Shown: positions 53,383 to 64,000 of the stretch, piece after piece | How positions within the stretch are numbered: position 1 is the stretch's first letter | How the letters are laid out: every line of letters starts with the position of its first letter | Assembly: GCF_004010195.1 (NCBI RefSeq) | Contig: NC_057720.1 | Span: 28,275,772 to 28,339,771 of the forward strand | DNA from: Chiloscyllium plagiosum | Lineage: Eukaryota | Reading direction: 5' to 3' | DNA length: 64,000 bases | Translations under genes and position numbers: made by a program | The notes under the pieces: generated by a model | Seen by the model: the letters and a program-made list of their open reading frames with translations, nothing else | What the model was told of the DNA's origin: nothing | The model's database searches: none

Positions 53383-54309
53383 TCAAAGTTTGTGCGAAGA
53401 TTTGTAGCTTGGGTGCTCGTTGTTGTGGTTCTGTTCGCTGAGCTGGGAATTTGTGTTGCAGACGTTTCGTCCCCTGTCTAGGTGACATCCTCAGTGCTTG
53501 GGAGCCTCCAGCATTTATAGTGATTTGTACCTGCCGCTTCCGGTTGTCAGTTCCAGCTGTCCGCTGCAGTGGCCGGTATATTGGGTCCAGGTCGATATGC
53601 TTATTGATTGAATCTGTGGATGAGTGCTATGCCTCTAGGAATTCCCAGGCTGTTCTCTGTTTAGCTTGTTCTATAATAGTCGTGTTGTCCCAGTCGAACT
53701 CATGTTGCTTGTCATCTGAGTGTGTGGCTACTAAGGATAGCTGGTCTGCTGCGACCACTAGGACTCATAACAGCACACAAACCAACAGCCACTCTCAGAC
53801 AACAACTCACCAGGAGGAAGGACCCGATACCCAGTATGAGCAAAACCAATGTAGTGTACAAAATCCTATGCAAGGACTACACAAAACACTACATTGGACA
53901 AACAGGAAGACAGCTAACGGTCCGAATCCATGAACACCAACTAGCCATGAAACGACATGACCAGCTATCCTTAGTAGCCACACACTCAGATGACAAACAA
54001 CATGAGTTTGACTGGGATAACACTACTATTATAGGATAAGCCAAACAGAGAACAGCCAGGGAATTCCGAGAGGCATGGCACTCATCCACAGATTCAATCA
54101 ATAAGCACATCGACCTGGACCCAATATACCGACCACTGCAACGGACAGCTGGAACTGACAACCGGAAGCGGCAGATACAAATCACTATAAAAGCTGGAGG
54201 AAACATCACAGAAGCGCTTCACAGGAGGCTCCCAAGCACTGAGGATGTCACCTAGACAGGGGACGAAATGTCTGCAACACAAATTCCCAGCTCGGCGAAC
54301 AGAACCACA
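53383..54309. mobile_element. PLE (family B-related) fold-back fragment with GIY-YIG
   Basis: ORF 53722..54039 contains NVVYKILCKDYTKHYIGQTGRQLTVRIHEH. 53420-53746 is the inverse of 53958-54312. Imperfect TSD acacttagaatct / acatttagcatct. Confidence 0.9.
53461..53494 (-). ncRNA. Minimal hammerhead ribozyme motif
   Basis: Reverse complement reads CUGAGGA-U-GUC-A-CCU-AGAC-AGG-G-GAC-GAAA-CGUC. The mirror copy at 54239-54272 has GAAAUGUC. Confidence 0.72.
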
Positions 54310-55088
54310 ACATTTAGCATCTGCTTCCCATTTAAATAATAACTTGCCCTTTCATTTTTCCAGCCAAAATGGACAAGCTGATATTTATCCACATTAAATT
54401 CCATCTGCCAGATTCTAGGCCATTCTCCTAGACTCTCAATATTCCTCTGTAAACTTTTAATCTCCCCATCTCAATCTGCTTTCCCATTGAAATAATTCCA
54501 AGTTATCCCATCACCAAGTCACCTTTTATTTACACATGCACAGTACATGGACTCTGACTATCTTGCTCAGAGTCAGTGCCTAGAATGAGGAGAATTGCTG
54601 AATCTCCTGTTTATCTCTGTCAGCCAGAGCTCCCTATTTGAAAAGGATAATACCTCCAGTCAAGGATCTCATAGTCAATGAGATCCACCTGGCATTGTTC
54701 CAATCATTTAAGTAGCTTCTGCAAATTTTGCTATGCTACATTCTGTCCCTGTTGGCAACTAGTTTATATAGATTGTAAATAGTTGAGGTCCAAAAACTGA
54801 ACTCTGTGTTACAGTTATACTAGTTACAGTTCGCCGTTCAGAAAAGGACCCATATATCCTACATTTCTGCTTTCTGTTCATCAGCCAATTTCTATCCAAG
54901 CCAACACTCTTCCCCGAAGCTCCTGGGATCTGACTTTCTGAATAAGTCCTTCATGTGATACCTTGTCAAATGCCTTCTGGAAGTCAAGATATACCGCATA
55001 ATCCACCTTGCTGGTTACATCTTCAGTAACTCTAGCAAGTTTGTCAAGCATGATTTGCTCTTCTTGAAACCATGCTGACACTGGTGAA

Positions 55089-55475
55089 CAAAGTTAAAAA
55101 TCACACAACTCGGAGAAAGTGAGGACTGCAGATGCTGGAGATCAGAGCTGAAAAATGTGTTGCTGGAAAAGCGCAGCAGGTCAGGCAGCATCCAAGGAGC
55201 AGGAGAATCAACGTTTCGGGCATAAGCCTTCCTGAAGAAGGGCTTATGACCGAAACGTCGATTCTGCTGCTCCTTGGATGCTGCCTGACCTGCTGCGCTT
55301 TTCCAGCAACACATTTTTCAGTAAAAATCACACAACAGCAGGTTACAGTCCAGGTGATAGTGGAGCAACGCTCCGAAAGCTAGTGTGCTTCCAATTAAAC
55401 CTGTTGGACTATAACCTGGTGTTGTGTGATTTTTAACTTTGTACACCCCGGTCCAACACCGACATCTCCAAATCA
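55089..55475 (+). mobile_element. Family C fold-back miniature containing a nested family A miniature (55110-55321)
   Basis: Outer TSD tgacactggtgaa (55076-55088) / tgacactgatgaa (55476-55488). Inner TSD taaaaatcacacaac (55095-55109, 55322-55336). Confidence 0.88.
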
Positions 55476-58400
55476 TGACACTGATGAATTGAGCTTTGCT
55501 TTTCCAAATTCAGTTATCTCCTCCTTTATGATTGATTCCAGCAACTTCCCCCCTATAGACTCGAACTAACTGATCTATACTTTCCCACTTTCTGTCTGTC
55601 TCCTTTTGTGAATAAGGGTATCACATTAACATTTTTCCAATCCATTGGTACTTTTCCAGAATCCAGGGAATATTGTAACTAATGCAACCACTGCCTCTGC
55701 TGCCAGCTCCTTTAATTCCCTAGGTTGCAAGCCATCAGGTTCTTGGGACTTGTATGCCTTTAATCCCATCAGTTTATTAAATACCTTCTCCCTCGTTATT
55801 AAAACTTTAATCAAATTCCTCTATAGTAACTGCAGTTTTTGGGAAGAAATTATTATCTTCCATTGTGAAAACAGAAAGAAAATATTGATTTAGTACCTCT
55901 ATCATTTCTGAGTTTCCTATTATCACCTTGCCATTTTCATCTTCTAAAGAGCCAGCATTTATTTTCACTATTCTCTTCCTTTTTACATACTTATGGATAC
56001 TTATGGTATCAGTGTTCATGTTATTTTCCTTTTGTAGCTCATCTTAGCTCTGCTGATTTTGTTTTTAGTAATCTTTTGCTGACATTTAAAATTCTCCCAA
56101 TTCTCCAGAGTGCTACAAATCTTTACAGTATGATATGTCCTAGTTTTTGTCTTTGTTATCTTTGATTTCCTTGTTAAGCCATTGATGATTTTTCCACCAT
56201 TTATAATTCCTCTTCCTCTCAGGAATATACTTTAACTGAAAGGTATTTAGTATCTCCCTAAGCATGATCAGCTATCATCATATTGAATGATGGAGCATGT
56301 CCAAAAGGATGAATGGTTTACTTCTGCGTCTGTTTTCTATGTACCTAGCCATTATTCAGCTTTCCGTTTTTAGATGCCAGTTGTTCAGCATCCAAGTCTA
56401 AAAAGGTGTTAATAGCTGCTCTTTCTAGATGTTGGGCAAACAATTGTTTAATACATGAGAACTAGAATGGTGGAAGGCTATTATTTGCAAAGCGAAACAT
56501 CTCTTAAATAAATTTGAATTGTCAGATTCTTTTTGGTAATTATTTAAGTGCTGCATGTTGTATTAAATGTTCACTCTACGGTAATATTTTTTCCTTTAAA
56601 TTCTGACACCTTGTCTAAAACCCTTAAAGAACTACTAATTAGATTTGTATGTTTTAGTTAAGAGTGTAATCCTTGGATGTAAGGAATCAGAAAAGACAAG
56701 TCAGACCAGTAAGCCTATTATTCTGTTTGAAACTTGGCCATTCATGAATGTTACTTCATCTACTAAGGATGGTCCAAAATCAACTGTTTACTGTAAGACA
56801 TGTCACAGGTGCTATAAAATCTTGAATGATATCTGCATTTGGATTTTTATGCCTCCTTAATGTAAGTTGTAACTAAGGAGCATTTAAAAAATAGTAGATA
56901 TAAACACAGGAGTTGTAGACTTGTGACTTATAAACATAATTTTATGGCTTTTCTGTTGTTTAAAATAGCTTTGTATTGTGATTTTTCATTTTTGCCAAGC
57001 ATGTTGCTATTTGGCGAATACTGGTATGAACGCAGAGGAGAAAGAAAGGATGCTTACAATCTGTTTTAAAAATAACGTAATTACTCTGACTGTAAAGGTA
57101 AAGAATGGATGTGTTCCAAATAGGTTCCCTTAGGCAGACATCACTCGAACATATCTGCTTCACAGATGGATTATGAAGAGTTGCAGAGAGGTATTATGCA
57201 AGTTTGATGAATACGCTTTTAAAAAATGATAAAAGAAAAAATAATAATCAGGTGTGTCTCAGGGGTAAGTAGCTACATGAAAAATTAGTTAACTTCAAAG
57301 TGCTTCGTTCAGGCATTTCTGAGAGATGTGATAAGGTGTTGTCTGATGTCTTTTATTGCCTATCTCTCATGTCTTATTCATGTTCCGTTTTAGCGCTCCT
57401 GAAAATTAAAAAAAAGACTGTTTTCTAAATGTTTATCATTGTGTCAGAATTTTAAATCTTACTTGAGACAGCATTGTGCAATATCTAACAAAATGGGTTT
57501 AACGCAGTGCGGAGGAATGCAGAGTTTATTTTGTTTGTACTGATGTAAAAGACCCTCCCTATTAGTTGCTGTTCTTTTCAACTTATGAAATAAACTCTGT
57601 GTTCCTGCCATCAGAGTGAGTTATTTGGTATTTCAGTGAATGCATTAGTGTCTCTGACCTCAGATAGACTTTCCTTTAATGGTAAAGAAGAAATCCTTAG
57701 GGAAAACTCAAACAAGGTAAAATGTTCTTTTCTATGTAGATAGTCTAAAAGCTAAGAAGAGACTCAAGATGAAAGCATAGTATAGCAATATTTTCATCAT
57801 TGACGTTTTTGTGTTATTTAATTTGTAATAAAAGTTTTTCTCAATGCTATTAGCTACTTCTAGATTAGGTATAGTGTAGATTAGACTCAGACTATTTTTT
57901 CTACCCCGCTAGAATGTTAAAGTCAGAGATCATTCCCGGCTGACCTATGACATTTTCCATTATTGTTGCAAGCCTTGTCCAAAAACACAGAAGCAGAGCG
58001 GATTACATCACAAAACCTATTCAGCCCTTTGATACTTCACTGGAATAATGCAATTCAAATACTGTTGTTCAGTCCTCCTCTTGTAAATTTGTATCATCCT
58101 TTACTTCAAATCTTTTTACTGAACCAGACTAAAAATCTGCAAAACAAATTGTTGTGTGAAATGTTGTACCATAGACTCATATACACCAGAAATTGCACTC
58201 ATGAATTTTGATTTTATTTGATTTACTTTTGTAGCATATTGTTGCAATACAGTGAAAAGTACTGTTTTGCATGATATTCAAGCAAATCACACCTGACATA
58301 AGTACTTCAGGATATTAGAACACTGCAAAATATAGTGTTACAGCTACAGAGAAGGTGCAGAGAAAGATCAACTTTAATAAAAGATGAGCGGTCTGTTCAA

Positions 58401-58814
58401 AAGTCTGATAACAGTGGGGAAGAAGCTGTTCTTTACTTAGCTGTCTCAAATTTCTGAAGATTGCAAACCAGAGAAAAGAGGGGTCTTCTATTCCATGAAT
58501 ATGATCTAATGTTAGAGAAGGAAAGATTTTTACCCTTTATTAGTCGATTGCAAGTTAGGATAAAATATTTGGCTACGAATTATTCATTTATTACTGCCAC
58601 AGTTAGAATCAATTGGAGCCTGCTATATCACTAGGTGGACAGGTTTTCCAAGCAGCCTGTTCAGAGATTACACACCTCTGGAGCAGATGGTAACTGAACA
58701 CAGGCCTCCTGGCTCAGATGTAGGAACACTACCACTGCACCACTTGGAACATTAGCCTGGCATTCTGGATGACTAATCTATTGACTTAACCACTACACCA
58801 CTGTGCTCCCCCAC

Positions 58815-58960
58815 AATCTGAAAACAACAAGTGCTGGAAATCACAGCTGGCCAGGCAGTATATTTGGAGAGAGAGCAAGCTAATGTTTTGAGTCCAGATG
58901 ACTCTTCATCAGCTGTTTATTCATTCAGTACAGATTCCAGCATCTGCAGTAATTTGCTCA
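58815..58960. mobile_element. Degenerate family D PLE terminal element
   Basis: Similar to 51284-51400. The minus strand carries ctgatgaagagtcatctggactcaaaac, a decayed hammerhead. Confidence 0.6.
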
Positions 58961-59889
58961 CCCCCACCATCATTAGCTGTGTGCACGCTAACATGAACTG
59001 TTCAATTTAAAACTCTTGGGTACAGACAGACTCCATTTGTTGCAGTCAGTAACTTTCCACAGTGTGGAGGGTATATGAGAGTATTTCTTATTCATGTATT
59101 GTATATTACTCAAAAAATAATGGCAGGCATATTGTTAACTTTAATTAGCACTGAAAGTATTCTTCCAATACCTCCCACCCCAATGTAATTCCTATCCTTG
59201 GATATCCCAATGCCTATGAAGGTAAATGTGTTGCAATGAGCTATACATAGCAGCAACATTTAGTTATTTTTAATTCTGACTGTTCAGAAATGACACCCCT
59301 CCATGGCAGATGGGACTTGAACGAGACCTTGCAGCTCAGAGGCAGAGATACCACAACTGTGCCACAAGAGCTCTCCTTTAAGGGTGATTGAACCATGGTT
59401 TCCAAAGAGACTGGAGTTCCAAGCCAGTTCCTTAGAGCAACTAGCCATGTTACCACAAGGAACTATTATATTTTGGTCTGTTAAGCTTAGTATTAAGGAG
59501 TGTCATAAGCACAATCCATTATGATGATGTCTTGTGGATTTGAACGAACCAGCTTAGGATATGCCGAATATCAAATTCCCCTCAAAGTCACTGGAAGAAT
59601 GCCTATCAGTTCAATATAACTTGTAAATGGATACTAACATGTACTATCCTCTACTTTGTTAACAGCACGGGACTCTTCTAGATAGGCCGATAAGTGGTTT
59701 ACCCGACTACACTAGACCAACAGAGCCTATAAATTCCACGTTTGAAGGTTTGTGAAACCAGCCTTCATCAGAAGCAGCAGCTCACAAAGCAAAGTGAGCT
59801 AGCATACCCCCACACTATTAAAGTCGATATTCTAAGAAGTTAGATCTATGGATCAGATCATTATTTATATTATTAGCCTTCGCACTGAT

Positions 59890-60197
59890 CATAGAATTCT
59901 TATAGTGTGAAAGCAGACTATTCGGCCCATCACGTCCACACCAACTCTCCAAAGAGCAGACCCATCCTCCACCCTATCCCTGTAACTATGCATTTCCCAT
60001 GGCTCATCCTCTAAGCCTGCACATCCCTGGATATTATGGGCAATTTAACATGGCCAATCAACCTAACCTGCACATCTTTGGACTATGGGAGGAAACTGGA
60101 GCACCCAGAGGAAATCCACACAGAGACACAGGGAGAACGTGCATACTCCACGTAGACACCCAAGGCTGGAATCGAACCCAGGTCCCTGCTGCTGTGA
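59890..60197 (-). mobile_element. Old HE1-like SINE
   Basis: gggcaatttaacatggccaatcaaccta..tgggaggaaactggagcaccc..gggagaacgtgca is the reverse complement of the V-SINE body. Confidence 0.8.
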
Positions 60198-60869
60198 AGA
60201 AATCACCAAATTCCACTATTTAAAGAAAATAATATCAATTTTTTTTAACTCTAAAAGTGAACATTAAGCAACAACTGTTCTCAACTCTAAGCCCCCTTTT
60301 CTCTTAACTGCTTATTATGTACCTCCAACTCTTTAATAATATACTGTTTGAATAAAACAATAATTAAAATTACATCAACTTATTTTCAAAACCATATAGT
60401 GGCTGCCACCTTCTGTGTGTGTCTTCTGGCTGAAGATCTTCCTGGGTTGTCTCCTTCCTTTTTAATGCGAATATGTTTCATATGAAGAGGTATCTTTGAT
60501 GGAGAGTGTTTCCTAATTACTTGGATCAGTGTTGATGGTAGTTGCTCTGTCCGATTTTCAAAATGCCGGCCTTCTTTATACCCCCAACATCAGATCATCT
60601 CCTTGGTTCGATGTTGACAAAACAATAAATTCAAACTCGATTGAGTTTTAGTATCCTGGGGCATAATTTAAACTGGTTAAATTCGAATTGTTGTCAAAAC
60701 AGCAACCAACTCAGGTATCTATTTCACAGCCAAATGTTACATATTTTCAATTTTCCAGTACACTTGGACACTGCTATCTAGCCATATGACAGGTGTTTAT
60801 AAGCTCTAAGTGCAGAACAGCATTCATTCTCTCTTAAAGGTACAGTAACTGCCTTCAATTTCATAACAG

Positions 60870-61425
60870 TAGAGATGTCAATAGTCTCAGCTCCAGGATG
60901 TCCCACAACTATAACCATATTTACATGAGGCAAATATGACTTAAACCAGCAGAGAGTTTGTCCCCATTAATTCCAGTTTTGCTAGAGCTTCTTGATGCTG
61001 CTGTCAGTCAAATGTAGCCTTGATGTTAAGGGCTGTCACTTTCACCTCACCTCTGGAAATCAAGTCTTTTGTCAGTTCCATTGATCCAAATCTGTATTGA
61101 GGTTAGGAGCTCGTGGTCCTGGCAGAACTCAAACTGGGCATCACTGAGCAGATTTTTGATGATTGATAGCTCTCTTGAAGACACCTTCCATCGCTTTACT
61201 GATGATCGAGAGTAAATTGATGGAGCAGGAATTGATCAGGTTGAATGTGTCCTGCTTCTGATGTATAGGACGTATCTGGACAGTTGTACACATTGTCAGG
61301 TTGATGCCAATGTTTTTACTATACTGGAAAAGTTTGGCTGGGGGAGCAGCAAATTCTGGAGCACATATCTTCAGTACTACTGCTGGAATGTTGTCAGGGT
61401 CCATAGCCTTTTCAATATCCAGATG
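60870..61425 (-). mobile_element. Old non-LTR retrotransposon RT remnant (different subfamily)
   Basis: ORF 61141..61452 contains KAMDPDNIPAVVLKICAPEFAAPPAKLFQ..SINLLSIISKAME. Confidence 0.7.
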
Positions 61426-61614
61426 GATCATCCACTTGGCATTTCTGGCCAAATATTCTGTATGATCTTTCAGTGGGAGTAAAGTTAATGATCTTTATAT
61501 TTGTTAGAACGTTTATTAAACTTATGAGAAAATGGATTAGAAACAGATGCTTTTTAGATGTACTGTATTTGTAATATTCAGGATACAGCTTCATTATTAC
61601 TCTGTAAACATTTA

Positions 61615-61880
61615 AATAGGGAGAGGTTGAATAGGCTAGGGCTGTTTTCCCTGGTGCATCAGAGGGTGAGGGGTGACCTTATAGAGGTTTATAAACCATG
61701 AGGGGCATGAATAGGATAAATGGACAAAGTCTTTTCCTTGGGGTGGGGGAATCCAGAACTAGAGGGCATAGGTTTAGGGTGAGGGGAAGGATATGAAAGA
61801 GACTTAAGGGACAACTTTTTCATGCAGAGGGTGGTACGTGTATGGAATCAGTTGACAGAGGAAGAGGTGGAAGCTGGTAC
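61615..61880 (+). mobile_element. CR1/HER1 ORF2 C-terminal fragment
   Basis: gagaggttgaataggctagggctgttttccctgg..gaggggtgaccttatagaggtttataaa..agaactagagggcataggttt. Confidence 0.8.
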
Positions 61881-64000
61881 TTTCAGTAGATTTTCAGTAG
61901 AATATAAACTCATTTTAATAGGCTTAACTTATGCACCTTTGTAAAATATATTTGCAAACAGATTCCTGAGTGGAATAACACCAAGTTTGTGATCAGGGTT
62001 TTAGATACCATTCTATCAACAGTTCCATTGATGAAGAAATGTAAGGATCAGACCATTGTATAGATCACGCAAGGATAGAAATATTTTTAAAGTTTTGGCC
62101 AATTAATAAAATTTGCTGATATCTTCATGGGATTACGGTCTATACCGCCATCAGATTTATAGACACTTTAGTGTAGATTCTTGGAAAGCAGTGATCTTGG
62201 CAAATGATTTATTTTCATGTTTGAGTCCTTGCACATTTACATTTTAGCTGTTAATGTTTTTTTGTGGGATAGGTTTTTTGGGAGTGTCCATAGTTTACCA
62301 TGGAGTAGTGAATGCATTAGCATTTTCCCTTTGATATTTGATCACACGGGACATGAAGAACTCACACTATTACAGTAAGGTAACCGTCTGAAGTTAGCAT
62401 TGAGGCACAATAACAGGCCACAGTAAAGTTCTGTTTTATTCCTGGGTTGCTACATTGTCCTGGGTGTCCAAAATGTAGTAAAGTCTATTATTGCACACTG
62501 ATATTTGTTAATGACCAGAGTAAGTCCATAAAGCTCCACATCAATTCTAACTACAGGAGTGACTTAGTAGGTCTTTTTGAATAACCTTAAATTGTCTTAT
62601 TGAATTATTTAATTGCTTGTCTTTAGCATCAGGGAAGATTTTCAGAAGTGTAATTTCTCTAAGGTTCTACCTATTGTTAAATTGTCTGTGGAAGTAACAT
62701 TTCATCTTATTTATTGTGCAGTCCTGATTCTGTTCTGAATTTTTTCATACATATTATGTCATTCCAATACTATTTTGAAGCTCATTTTAGAACATTTCCT
62801 ACTGGTATTATATTCGTAAGTCAGTAGATATGTATTTCTATCTTTAGTCCATATATTTGTCGACTGTTTTCCAATACTGTATTCAGTCACGTTTTCTGAT
62901 GTTAACTCAATATCTAAAACGTGAATCAAGCTTGACTAACTTGAATTCCTGCCTTCTTCAAGGCTTATGAATGTAAGTTGCTTAGAACAGATATATTGAG
63001 CAACTTTCCAGAAACCAAATTGACTCATGGATAGTTCAAATGGGGAGTGGTTTGGCAGGAAGCAAATGCAAGCGATCTGAGTGAGTCATTGAAGCTAAAC
63101 AGCAGGACAGGCTGAAGAGAGTAAATGATGTCTTTTCGTGCTTTGTGTGTTTTCCATTTGTCATTTCCTAATTGTGGGGATTTCAGTATCTTGCTTGGAG
63201 TCACTACTTACAGCAAGCTCATGAAATATGATTTGTTTAAGTGACCTAGCAAAATGTATGCACTGATCTTAAAGGTTAGGGCGTGTTGACTCCCATATGC
63301 ATAACATATGTTGTAAGCTAAGTATTCCACCCCACAACAATGAAGGCTTTGAGATGTGCAAGAAAGATAAGCTTTGCAGGTAACAGAACAGGCAGTATCT
63401 GAGAAGGTTAAAGATTGCACCAGCAATGGACAGTCTGATATTTTAAAATTGAAAATTTGTTCATATTTGAGTGACTCATATTTTTCATAAGAGGAGACAT
63501 ATTGTTTTTGGTAAAGGGGAAAGTAGTAATTATGTAGTCTCTTCTCTGTTGCTTTACCTGTAAAATTTCAAAAACTAAAAGTTTAGAAATCCATTAATTG
63601 GATCACATGTACACATCTTCACTTTTCATGTGAATGCCACTCCTCCTCCTTAAGTAGTCTCTCAAGGTGAAAGATGACTTGGTTCCACTCCAGTTAAATG
63701 TGTTCTGAGTTGGCTGATAAAATCCAATTTTTGTTCTGTATCTTCTGCCACATGTGAGTTGCTAAAAGAATCACGTAGATAAAGTGTTTGAAGGTTTGTA
63801 CACTTCCTCTCATGCCTCAGCTATTCCTCTAGGTGCCCCAGATAACGTATTTCACTGTGCAATATTTTCTCTAATAAATCTTATCCAATTCAGTCAGTCA
63901 TAACCAGGGATTCTCATGAGCTAATGAAGGTGTTTGATTTTTCATGAAAGTTTCAAGGGCATCCCTAAAACATCTTAGGAATCTTCTTGCACAACTGCCT

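Larger units (their letters stand above)
52830..56240 (-). mobile_element. Old CR1 LINE, fragmented by nested PLEs
   Basis: ORFs 54881..55081 (YLDFQKAFDKVSH), 55626..55814 (KSQEPDGLQPRELKE) and 55807..56019 (LNQYFLSVFT). Confidence 0.8.

Noticed and set aside
55110..55321. Hairpins as pre-miRNAs or DNA-transposon MITEs
   Set aside because: The arms match termini of RT/GIY-YIG elements in the same window, are asymmetric, and have long variable TSDs.
1..64000. CRISPR array, prokaryotic operon or retron-type system
   Set aside because: There is no repeat-spacer array or gene-dense architecture; all RT and nuclease motifs belong to eukaryotic CR1/LINE or Penelope-like elements.

Overview
Eukaryotic, repeat-dense intronic DNA. 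The HE1-type SINE, CR1 LINE and Penelope-like element (PLE) content suggests a shark or other elasmobranch (inference). The only host gene I can support is an ST3GAL3-type alpha-2,3-sialyltransferase on the + strand: three coding exons (14453-14516, 25790-25885, 31878-32064) splice in frame across sialylmotif L. The rest is intron filled with CR1 LINEs (one nearly intact ORF2), tRNA-derived SINEs and at least four PLE families, often nested. The most striking structure is in the PLEs. Their terminal repeats carry minimal hammerhead ribozyme cores (CUGANGA-stem II-GAAA plus a palindromic ACGU/AGCU). Many insertions, including ~210-bp non-coding miniatures, are fold-back hairpins with one arm ~34-40 nt longer than the other, bounded by 11-15 bp target-site duplications (TSDs). 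There are three assembly gaps. Repeat boundaries are approximate unless a TSD is quoted, and family names come from recognition rather than a database search.
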